The translations under genes were made by a program, and so were the position numbers. A DNA stretch of 16,675 bases from Armatimonadota bacterium (GTDB lineage: Bacteria > Armatimonadota > Hebobacteria > CAIYQO01), in the NCBI GenBank assembly GCA_038248345.1, contig JBBRXO010000062.1, positions 1 through 16,675 on the forward strand, read 5' to 3'. This document shows positions 1 through 7,051 of this stretch, piece after piece (the stretch's first letter is position 1; the number at the start of each line of letters is the position of its first letter). The notes beneath the pieces are model-generated. The model made no database searches. It had not been told where the DNA came from and worked only from the letters and a program-made list of their open reading frames with translations.

Positions 1-287
1 AATGCAGTACCATAACCATCGTCTGCATTGTAAGTGAGCTTTGTTCCGGCAGGGATGCCGGTGCCACTTACGTTGATATCACCAGAACCTGCCAAAACAA
101 CGTTATCTACGTATACCGTCATACGAAAATTTGTGTCAATGCCTTCAACAAACGCTGATTTGTCGAAACTGATGGTCACCGAGGCGTCACCTGCGCCTCC
201 TTTGTGGTTGAAACCGAATGAGGCGACTACTGATACCAATGTCAGTAATAGTAATGCCAAAATTCGAGTCATTTGCGTGTTAATCAT
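1..287 (-). CDS. Secreted hypothetical protein, N-terminal 95 codons only (runs off the left edge); not in the ORF track
   Basis: Manual translation from ATG at 287 gives MINTQMTRILALLLLTLVSVVASFGFNHKGGAGDASVTISFDKSAFVEGIDTNFRMTVYVDNVVLAGSGDINVSGTGIPAGTKLTYNADDGYGTA..., with no stop before position 1. SD AAAGGAG lies 6 nt upstream. The N-terminus looks like a signal peptide and the rest is beta-rich. Confidence 0.85.
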   Translation of the reverse strand, partial: MINTQMTRILALLLLTLVSVVASFGFNHKGGAGDASVTISFDKSAFVEGIDTNFRMTVYVDNVVLAGSGDINVSGTGIPAGTKLTYNADDGYGTA

Positions 288-334
288 TTTGCGCTCCTTT
301 CAAAATTTAATACCCGAATGCCAAAATATCACAC

Positions 335-615
335 AATACAGGGACAGGTTATGTATAAACCTCTCTCCTCGGCTTTCTACCCGCCAGTGGGCTTACCAGA
401 CGGCGGCTGAGTTGCGCTTCGAGTTTGGCGATAAACATTTTGTCACGGCGATTCCCCCGATGTGTGATATGATGCGGATACCCCGGTACAACAATACGTG
501 CAAAATGCGGCATAATCATCACCTGCCCGGATAGTACACTTAATATGAAGAAGTATATAACCTGGTAGCAGAAATTCTTCCTCAGACAGCTTTAAATATA
601 ACCTGTCCCTGTATT
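335..615. mobile_element. 281-bp non-autonomous RAYT/Y1-transposase-derived element bounded by 25-bp inverted repeats
   Basis: 335-359 AATACAGGGACAGGTTATGTATAAA versus the reverse complement of 591-615 AATACAGGGACAGGTTATATTTAAA: first 18 bp perfect, 23/25 overall. The repeats enclose a transposase remnant. No target-site duplication is visible. Confidence 0.75.
349..513 (-). pseudogene. Internally deleted REP-associated tyrosine transposase (RAYT, Y1_Tnp/IS200-like), 54-aa in-frame N/C fusion
   Basis: Translation: MPHFARIVVPGYPHHITHRGNRRDKMFIAKLEAQLSRRLVSPLAGRKPRREVYT*. SD AGGTGA is present. The N-terminus matches the family motif PGxPHHxTxRGNxR, and FIAKLE..L.RRL...GRKP resembles the basic C-terminal tail of this family. 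The HUH motif and catalytic Tyr region are absent. Confidence 0.75.
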
Positions 616-718
616 CCCAGTATACCAAAAATCAGCGCAAAATACCGGTCTGTATCGTTAATCGTCTACTCGGTTTAATTCCGTCCACATGAGGTGATTG
701 TAATTGCCTTATTAGAAT

Positions 719-1765
719 CTAATTAATTAACGTGTATACTTTGTAATTCATCATAAATATTATGTGTTTGTTAGCATCAACACCTACAATTGGATTGCCG
801 TCACTAGACAAATCGGACAGTTTCTTCTGTACCTCTTTGCTTTTATTAATAATGATTTTGTCGCGATAGTCTGTATAACTGACAATAACAGAACTTGTCT
901 TCCCATCATAATTGATTAGAAAGAATTGCGGCTGTTCTCCTTTTAAATTCATATTACACCATAAATACATCTTCCCGTTAACAAATGTAGATGGGCCGAA
1001 CTGCATTGCACTATCTTTAGTATTACTCTCATTCAATTCACTTTTAGCGTCATTATTTACAAACGCCTCTTTTGCAAATTCAATCAATTCGGGCGTTTTG
1101 TCTTTAGCGCATTTTAGCATTTTAATGTTATTGTAGGTTGGGGTGTTGCCTACCGCCGCAGGTGTACCTTTAATTCCGAAGGTCAAATATGTCATCCCCT
1201 TCTCCGCGTATTGCCCCAAAAAGTCGATATCTGCATCTATCATATACTTCTTTATTTCATCCTTAAATGTCTTACCGGCTGAATCAACCACCTTTCCGGC
1301 TTCTTTATCGTACAACAGAATGTCCGTTTTATCTATATCAGCGAACGTGTCAAGCGATACCCAGACCCAACCTCCAGGGGTGTTTTTTAAGACTGGGTAC
1401 CCTTTACCATCGATAAAGTCGCAATTATTGAATACATAATATGCATTTGAATCAGAGAACCTTGCTTCGCTCCCACAATTTGTCGCCGGAAGGATAGGCG
1501 ATGTAAAGTAGGATAGATTGATCGTCTGATTCATTTTTGATTCAATTAACACCATGTTGCTCAATGGTTTTGACGTCTTCATGTCTTTTGTAGTAGCTTT
1601 ACGAACCAGTAAAAAGCCAACATCGCTTTTCTTATATGGAATTATGCTGTCGATACCGGAGACACTCGTTTTCCACAGCAGTTTGTAACCGATATCATCA
1701 GCGAATGCACCTATTGAGAGTATCAATAGTATCAAAGCAACATAGACACGAATTATTGACAACAT
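719..1765 (-). CDS. Secreted hypothetical protein (348 aa)
   Basis: Long ORF with SD AAAGGAG. Signal peptide MLSIIRVYVALILLILSIGAFA|DD ends in an AxA site. AT-rich; no recognisable domain. Confidence 0.85.
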   Translation of the reverse strand: MLSIIRVYVALILLILSIGAFADDIGYKLLWKTSVSGIDSIIPYKKSDVGFLLVRKATTKDMKTSKPLSNMVLIESKMNQTINLSYFTSPILPATNCGSEARFSDSNAYYVFNNCDFIDGKGYPVLKNTPGGWVWVSLDTFADIDKTDILLYDKEAGKVVDSAGKTFKDEIKKYMIDADIDFLGQYAEKGMTYLTFGIKGTPAAVGNTPTYNNIKMLKCAKDKTPELIEFAKEAFVNNDAKSELNESNTKDSAMQFGPSTFVNGKMYLWCNMNLKGEQPQFFLINYDGKTSSVIVSYTDYRDKIIINKSKEVQKKLSDLSSDGNPIVGVDANKHIIFMMNYKVYTLIN

Positions 1766-1797
1766 AACGTTCTCCTTTTCGATTATTAGACCAGTGG

Positions 1798-2967
1798 CTA
1801 CTTTTTTGCCATTGGATCGATCATCATCGGTATTCCGTCCTGCAGGTATATTACTTTATCCCCGTCGACGCTAAATACCATCTCATTATCCCAATTATTG
1901 TCGTAATACTTTCTTTCCAATATTCCTTTTGGAGTGTAGCGAAATACTTCCGTCAAAGCCCTATTCGATTCATACTCATATTTCACTTCCCAGGTCAACC
2001 AATGATTGTTGCCGTTAACATCGTTCAATACCAGCCCTTTACAAGTCAGGCTCTCATCTCCTTTAGTATAGATACAACTAATCGGAATTATGACGGAACC
2101 GTTTTCTGTTATCTGTGAACGAGCAATTACATCAGAGTATAGTTCTTCTGTTAATACTGCTTGAGCCAAATCAGAAGGAAGCGTATTGATGATATCCATC
2201 ACATTTACCTTACATCGATCAATATCCCTGCTATTATCCAGAACATGTTGACGCACAATGCTGTATTCATTCTTCAAATTCTTAAAATATTGTTCTGACC
2301 TTAGTAATAGATAACCGTTATTTACTCTTACTACACCATAATCATCGTGACTATACCCATTAATTATTTTTTCTACACTTAGTATTAACTCCTGTTTGCT
2401 TTCATTGTATATCTCGCTATGCTTATCATCTATATATCTTATCAATAACCGCTCAACGTTCATATCTACCACATCCCCGATGACCAATTTTTTGTCCGTG
2501 CTCATTTTAACCGGATAGAACACTCTAGTTGCCGTGCGGATATTCATACTGCTTAAACAGCCAATTGTAGGTACATCTGCAGTGACTGGTATTGGCTCTA
2601 TATGTGATTTATAGACCTGATCATCCATTGTTAGTGTAGCAATATCGCCTTTGGATATGAGCTTTAGATATAACTGAAAATACTTCCCCTTTCCATCAAA
2701 AAAGTTCATATTATTAACAAACAGACACTGTCCATCAGGATATACTTTGGCATTCATTGATGAGAATGTCTCTTTTTTGCTTACCAATGGGGTATCACAC
2801 AACTTAACGGAGCTGAACTCAATATGCTGCGACCCGGCTGGCATATCATGTATCCACTTCTCAAGTAACGGTTGTTTTACCACAATACTGGTAGCATCTG
2901 CACCAAAAATAGCTACTTCTGAAACGGTTATGCAGAATATGCATACCATGAATAATAGATACTTCAT
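1798..2967 (-). CDS. Secreted hypothetical protein (389 aa), probable distant paralog of 719-1765
   Basis: Start moved from 3087 to the ATG at 2967 (MKYLLFMVCIFCITVSEVAIFGA), which has a purine-rich SD (AGGGGGAAG) and opens a signal peptide. The upstream extension merely reads through palindromes. Shares NNxxFxDGKG with the neighbouring gene. Confidence 0.82.
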   Translation of the reverse strand: MKYLLFMVCIFCITVSEVAIFGADATSIVVKQPLLEKWIHDMPAGSQHIEFSSVKLCDTPLVSKKETFSSMNAKVYPDGQCLFVNNMNFFDGKGKYFQLYLKLISKGDIATLTMDDQVYKSHIEPIPVTADVPTIGCLSSMNIRTATRVFYPVKMSTDKKLVIGDVVDMNVERLLIRYIDDKHSEIYNESKQELILSVEKIINGYSHDDYGVVRVNNGYLLLRSEQYFKNLKNEYSIVRQHVLDNSRDIDRCKVNVMDIINTLPSDLAQAVLTEELYSDVIARSQITENGSVIIPISCIYTKGDESLTCKGLVLNDVNGNNHWLTWEVKYEYESNRALTEVFRYTPKGILERKYYDNNWDNEMVFSVDGDKVIYLQDGIPMMIDPMAKK

Positions 2968-3042
2968 AACTCTTCCCCCTTGTATTGCAAACTGATCCCA
3001 AACTGAATGGCGGAGGTAATTGCAAAACCGCCTTAAATCAGA

Positions 3043-3088
3043 CCTGGGGCGTTGCCCCAGGCTACCGAATGTTTGCCCTTCAGGCAAA
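3043..3088. repeat. REP-like double hairpin
   Basis: CCTGGGGC-GTT-GCCCCAGG (3043-3061) followed by TTTGCC-CTTCA-GGCAAA (3072-3088). Confidence 0.65.
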
Positions 3089-3118
3089 GTCCGTCCCGAA
3101 AAATACTAATAATTAGCC

Positions 3119-3484
3119 TCAAAGAATGAGGATGCAGTCGCGATTTTCTGCGATACGGGCGAAGGACTCGTCGATAGCCGATACCAGTTCCGGGTGATGT
3201 TTTTCTGGTGCATCCAGGTACTCACGGGTGAAATACTTCGGCACCGCCACTGGATTCATATCCTTCAGTGCGCCGGCGACGTTACAACTGCGTGAGATCA
3301 GCACGACATCCTCGTCGATCTGGTCATCGCCCACCACCACATAGCGTTGTCCAACTGGCTTGATAAAGCCAATCTCCGACGCATACTCGCGCAACCCCTG
3401 CAATAGCCCAATACTACACGACGTCTTGCCATCATTTTGATACGTCGCCGAGATATAAACCCGCTTCTCCACACCATTTAACAT
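3119..3484 (-). pseudogene. C-terminally truncated BioD-like / phosphotransacetylase-N-terminal (AAA_26-DRTGG family) P-loop protein, 121 aa
   Basis: ATG at 3484 with SD GGAGG. Motifs YISATYQNDGKT (P-loop) and IGFIKPVGQ are present. The frame stops at RDCILIL*, exactly where the family continues with the (I/V)EG Walker-B-like motif. No continuation or DRTGG domain follows, and composition switches to AT-rich. Confidence 0.75.
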
Positions 3485-3505
3485 GCCAATGCCCTCCGTC
3501 CCTTT

Positions 3506-3534
3506 GTTATACCGGGTTTGGAGGGCATTGGCAA
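3506..3534 (-). promoter_or_regulatory. Sigma70-type promoter for the BioD-like gene, embedded in a 14-bp inverted repeat
   Basis: Minus strand TTGCCA-N17-TATAAC. The inverted-repeat arms are 3484-3497 and 3520-3533. Confidence 0.6.
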
Positions 3535-3568
3535 GATGCATCAGGAGTTTCGTTTATGCTTAACCCCT

Positions 3569-3583
3569 CCTGCGTTCCCAGGG
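3569..3583 (-). repeat. Solitary CCCTGGGAACGCAGG repeat end
   Basis: Exact 15-bp reverse-complement match to 15061-15075. Confidence 0.55.
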
Positions 3584-3637
3584 ATGGTCATGAGGTTATG
3601 ACACTACCTGCCCTACAGACCTAAAGACCTAAAACAA

Positions 3638-3665
3638 TTGACCTCTGCGCATATTCGGCTATAAT
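3638..3665 (+). promoter_or_regulatory. Sigma70-type promoter of the two-component operon
   Basis: TTGACC-N16-TATAAT, about 40 nt upstream of the GTG start. Confidence 0.65.
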
Positions 3666-3706
3666 AGTGATAGATATTACTCGCATCAATATCGGGGAGG
3701 TATTAC

Positions 3707-4396
3707 GTGCCACGTATTCTCGTTATCGAAGATGAACGTCCTATCGCGCAATCGCTTGCTTACAACCTGAAACGTGAGGGTTTTGATGTCTCGATGGCAA
3801 ATGATGGCGCCGAGGGATTGAAGATGGCGCTGGCTACTCCGCCACCCTCACTGATTCTGCTGGATCTAATGCTCCCCTCTATGAGCGGACTTGATGTTTG
3901 TCGTGAATTACGCGCCAAGCAGCAAAGCTGGATTCCGGTATTGATCCTCACCGCCAAAGGCGAGGAGATTGATCGGGTGATAGGCTTGGAGATCGGTGCC
4001 GATGATTACGTCACCAAGCCCTTCAGTATGCGCGAGTTGATGGCGCGCGTGAAGGCCACGTTGCGTCGCTCCACCATAGAAGCCCCGGCAGATCAAGTAC
4101 TGTCCAGCCACGGTGTCGAGATCGATATTGCTCGGCATCTGGTTACCGTCGAGGGTGCTGAGTTAACCCTGTCACCCAAGGAGTTCGATCTGCTGACGAT
4201 ACTGCTGCGGAATCGTGGAAGGGCGATGACGCGTGACGAGATTCTCTCCACTGTCTGGGGTGATGAAGGCCCTTATCGCGACCCGCATACAGTGGATGTC
4301 CATGTCCGCTGGTTGCGCGAGAAGATGGAAGTGGACCCGGCCAAGCCGATGCTGCTCCTGACCATACGAGGATTGGGGTATAAATTCGTCGAATGA
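3707..4396 (+). CDS. OmpR/PhoB-family DNA-binding response regulator (PhoP/WalR/RegX3-like)
   Basis: GTG start with SD GGGGAGG. Receiver motifs ILVIEDE, ILLDLMLP (phospho-Asp), LTAK and GADDYVTKPF. Winged helix LSPKEFDLL...TVDVHVRWLREK...TIRGLGYKF. Confidence 0.96.
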   Translation: MPRILVIEDERPIAQSLAYNLKREGFDVSMANDGAEGLKMALATPPPSLILLDLMLPSMSGLDVCRELRAKQQSWIPVLILTAKGEEIDRVIGLEIGADDYVTKPFSMRELMARVKATLRRSTIEAPADQVLSSHGVEIDIARHLVTVEGAELTLSPKEFDLLTILLRNRGRAMTRDEILSTVWGDEGPYRDPHTVDVHVRWLREKMEVDPAKPMLLLTIRGLGYKFVE

Positions 4397-6255
4397 ATAA
4401 GAAACATTATGCATGGTCACTACGCTGGATAATCGTCGGAGCCTTCTTTGTCATTATGGCCACAACTCTCGGTGCGCTGTCGTTTTACCTGACGCAGAGC
4501 ACGGCGAACGGTTATTTGTCGTCTAATGAATCCTCCCTTGCTACCATTGCCGAGTTGGCCGGTAGATTACTGGCCGATGATACTACACTGATAGATGGTA
4601 AAAGTATCAAGACGACGCTGGGCTGGGTGAAGATTAAAAGCTTCTCGCAATCACCGATTCTCTATACTTTGGATGGGGAGAAGATATATCCCGTCGTCAG
4701 CACTGAGCCCGTAGCGCCTTCCGGGGCGAAGGTCAGTGATGCCGCTATAAAATCGAAAAATGAGGATACAGTATATCCAGCCTTACCCGAAGAAGCGCAA
4801 CTGGCGCTGAAGAATGACCCTAACATCGGGGAGGCTGTCCGCATTGATCCGGTAACCGGTGAGCGGACTTTGTATATCGCCACGCTGGTGAAGTCCCGCT
4901 CCAAGCCCAGCACAACCCTGGCGGTGCTGGTGTTAGCGAAGCCGCTCACCGATATCCAAAACGCTATCGAGCAGATCAGGTTCACCATCGTGCTGGCATT
5001 TTCAGGAGTGCTGGTGGTGCTGTCTATCGTATTTTTCGGTGTCTCTAACTTCATTACCGATCCACTAGCACGCTTGAGTCTGACTACCGAGAGATACGCC
5101 GCCGGAATGCTGGATGAGCGCGTGAAACCGCGCGGGGCCGCGGAAATTTACAGCATCGGTAGCAGTTTTAATCGTATGGCAGAGCAACTGCGCCAGACGA
5201 TTACCCGCCTGGCGGCAGAACGTGCGCAAGCAGAAGCGATGCTTACCAGTATGACCGATGGGGTCATTGTCACCGATATCCTGGGAAAAATCCGTCTCGT
5301 AAATGATAGTACCGAGTTAATGTGCGATATTGCCGAGCAGGATGTGCGCGGAAAATCGTTGCAGGAGGCCGGGTTCCCCGAGATTATCGACGAATTACGT
5401 GTCAAATCTCAGACCACCCGCTTGCCATTGCAATATGAGTTTATGCTGGAGCACGTGCCCCCGCGTATTTTGGAAGTACACATGGCCCCCTTCGAGGTGG
5501 ATGAAGAGGTGCTGGGCGTGGTGGTGGTCTTTTATGATGTCACCCAGCAGCGCAAACTGGAGCAGGTGCATAAGGACTTCGTAGCAAATGTCTCGCACGA
5601 ATTGCGTACCCCGGTGACATCTATCCGTGCCATGGCGGAGACGATGATCACAATAGGCAATGAGGATGTGGAATTGCGCAACGACTTCCTGCAGACAACC
5701 ATCTCGGAGAGCGAGCGCCTGAGCGGTTTGCTTGATGGCCTGCTCAACCTGAGTCGGCTGGAGTCAGGGAGCATGCACCTGAACCCGGAGGAGCTGGATA
5801 TCACTGATATTATTCAGCATGTAACAAAGCGAATCATCGCCCCTATCACGCAGAAGGGGCAGCAATTGGAAGTTGATCTGCCCGAGACCTTTCCCGCGTT
5901 CATCGATCACGACGCGCTGGTGCAGATCACCCTGAACCTGCTGGATAATGCCCGCAAGTACTCCCCGGAAGGGGCAAAGATCAGTATTCGCCTTCGCCAG
6001 CAGGGTAATGATTGCCAAATACAAGTGACCGATACCGGCATGGGCATCTCCGTCGAAGATCGCGAGCGCATCTTCGAGCGCTTCTATCGCATAGATAAAG
6101 CCCGCTCGCGCGCCCTCGGTGGCACCGGCCTGGGCCTGGCAATTGTGAAACAGCTGGTAGAACTGCTGCACGGAACCATAACTGTGAAAAGCAAACCCGG
6201 CCAAGGCAGCACCTTCACCGTGATAATCCCCGACGTAGTGCGGCAGGAGATGTGA
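4393..6255 (+). CDS. Membrane sensor histidine kinase, 2TM-HAMP-PAS-HisKA-HATPase (PhoR/WalK-like)
   Basis: ATGA overlap with the regulator. Two TM segments, HAMP (ITDPLARL...FNRMAEQL), PAS (SMTDGVIVTD), H-box FVANVSHELRTP, N-box NLLDNARKY, then DTGMGI, IFERFYR and GGTGLGLAIV. Confidence 0.96.
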   Translation: MNKKHYAWSLRWIIVGAFFVIMATTLGALSFYLTQSTANGYLSSNESSLATIAELAGRLLADDTTLIDGKSIKTTLGWVKIKSFSQSPILYTLDGEKIYPVVSTEPVAPSGAKVSDAAIKSKNEDTVYPALPEEAQLALKNDPNIGEAVRIDPVTGERTLYIATLVKSRSKPSTTLAVLVLAKPLTDIQNAIEQIRFTIVLAFSGVLVVLSIVFFGVSNFITDPLARLSLTTERYAAGMLDERVKPRGAAEIYSIGSSFNRMAEQLRQTITRLAAERAQAEAMLTSMTDGVIVTDILGKIRLVNDSTELMCDIAEQDVRGKSLQEAGFPEIIDELRVKSQTTRLPLQYEFMLEHVPPRILEVHMAPFEVDEEVLGVVVVFYDVTQQRKLEQVHKDFVANVSHELRTPVTSIRAMAETMITIGNEDVELRNDFLQTTISESERLSGLLDGLLNLSRLESGSMHLNPEELDITDIIQHVTKRIIAPITQKGQQLEVDLPETFPAFIDHDALVQITLNLLDNARKYSPEGAKISIRLRQQGNDCQIQVTDTGMGISVEDRERIFERFYRIDKARSRALGGTGLGLAIVKQLVELLHGTITVKSKPGQGSTFTVIIPDVVRQEM

Positions 6256-6256
6256 T

Positions 6257-6304
6257 GTAGCATGGGCGTCTCGAAGATCATGAGGTTCTCGAATTACGCC
6301 CATG
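6257..6304. repeat. GTAG-led REP-like palindrome with an expanded centre
   Basis: GTAG followed by CATGGGCGT (6261-6269) ... ACGCCCATG (6296-6304), starting 1 nt after the kinase stop codon. Confidence 0.55.
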
Positions 6305-6331
6305 AGAACAGATGAAAAGATCGAAAAAAAT

Positions 6332-6390
6332 GGGTATAACCTGGGAGCGCCAATCTGGAGATTGGCGCTCCCAGGGCATGTGCAATACCT
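6332..6390. repeat. ~60-bp dispersed palindromic repeat, copy 1
   Basis: Perfect 17-bp arms CCTGGGAGCGCCAATCT-GG-AGATTGGCGCTCCCAGG (6340-6375). Flanks are also shared with 10934-10994. Confidence 0.85.
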
Positions 6391-6577
6391 CAAAAGCATA
6401 TGGGAATATGATTGGTGATGGCATGCCTGGGTCATCATCCCCGTCAACAGCGGCGGCAGTCCGATCCCCCTTTATGCCGCGGGGGTGCAACTCAATAACT
6501 TCTGGGGTGATATCAGTGAGATCTGCGTGTTGAATATCGAATCATCGGCAGTATCGTTTAACTAAGGAAAAACCCGT

Positions 6578-6738
6578 TGAACCTGGATTTGCATGATTAG
6601 AGGATTAACTTGAGGATAATTCCTCTGCTGTTGGATGGCGCGTCATTGAAGGTAATAAATACCTTTACTGCTGAGGCCATCCAACAGTATAGACAAACAG
6701 TGCAGCAGTAATCCTTTAATCATGTGAATCATGGTTCA
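6578..6738 (+). ncRNA. Candidate structured ncRNA: long rod with a central bubble (6S-like architecture, identity unproven)
   Basis: 6578-6607 pairs with 6709-6738 (25 WC, 3 G-U, 2 mismatches). There is an 18/19-nt central loop, then 6626-6639/6676-6689 (14 bp) and an apical stem 6647-6654/6660-6667. Five G-U pairs favour the + strand. Possible promoter TTGAAT-N16-TATCGT at 6530-6557. Confidence 0.5.
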
Positions 6739-6783
6739 GGCAAACGAGGTGCCCCCAGGGAGTTATCTATCACCCTACTGTCA

Positions 6784-6821
6784 CCATGCTTTCCAGCGTC
6801 TGAAGATGCTGGAAAGCATGG
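6784..6821. repeat. Strong 17-bp hairpin (REP-like or terminator-like, no U-tract)
   Basis: CCATGCTTTCCAGCGTC-TGAA-GATGCTGGAAAGCATGG, 16 WC pairs plus 1 G-U. Confidence 0.6.
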
Positions 6822-6946
6822 CCGTGAAGTTCAGTTGCTGCTGACCGTCATCCAGAGTCATGCGCAAAACCTCTTAAAGTTGGTTGTTGTAATATTGCCA
6901 AACTCATTCTGCCCGAAACATGGATGAAAGAAAGTTGAGAAAACGC

Positions 6947-6975
6947 TTGACGCGGGGTGGGGGTAGTACTATCAT
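6947..6975 (+). promoter_or_regulatory. Sigma70-type promoter for the 1284-aa gene
   Basis: TTGACG-N17-TATCAT. SD GGAGGTG at 7041-7047. Confidence 0.6.
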
Positions 6976-7020
6976 GACAGCTGGTGAACTCATTCTATTG
7001 GGATGAGGTTTACCAAATAT

Positions 7021-7035
7021 TTACAACCGGTTTGC
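7021..7035. promoter_or_regulatory. Possible LacI-family operator
   Basis: TTACAACCGGTTTGC contains the CG-centred palindrome AACCGGTT (7025-7032). It sits between promoter and RBS of a carbohydrate-related gene. Confidence 0.3.
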
Positions 7036-7051
7036 TTATTGGAGGTGTTCC

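Noticed and set aside
34..534. 166-aa + strand ORF (and 443-628 minus ORF)
   Set aside because: Shadows of the real minus-strand gene starting at 287 and of the RAYT remnant. No RBS or recognisable protein features.
2968..3087. 40-aa N-terminal extension of the 1798-3087 ORF
   Set aside because: It reads through REP-like hairpins. The SD and signal peptide indicate the ATG at 2967.
3707..6255. Assigning phoB/phoR or walR/walK symbols
   Set aside because: The family is clear, but there is no diagnostic gene context to pick an ortholog.
5764..6533. ORFs 5764-6447(-), 6278-6490(-), 6312-6533(+)
   Set aside because: Antisense to the kinase or translations of palindromic repeats; no coding signatures.
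6643..6732. 29-aa moderately hydrophobic minus-strand ORF (MIHMIKGLLLHCLSILLDGLSSKGIYYLQ) as a type I toxin
   Set aside because: No SD and the hydrophobic stretch is short and interrupted. The G-U bias points to the opposite strand being functional.
6556..6740. Long hairpin as an integron attC site
   Set aside because: AAC/GTT pair at the base, but the boxes are non-canonical (GTTGAAC/GTTCAGG). There is no typical unpaired spacer or extrahelical bases, no cassette array and no integrase.
6901..6996. AACTCATTCT direct repeat either side of the promoter (6901-6910, 6987-6996)
   Set aside because: Only two 10-bp copies with no recognisable operator symmetry, so chance cannot be excluded.
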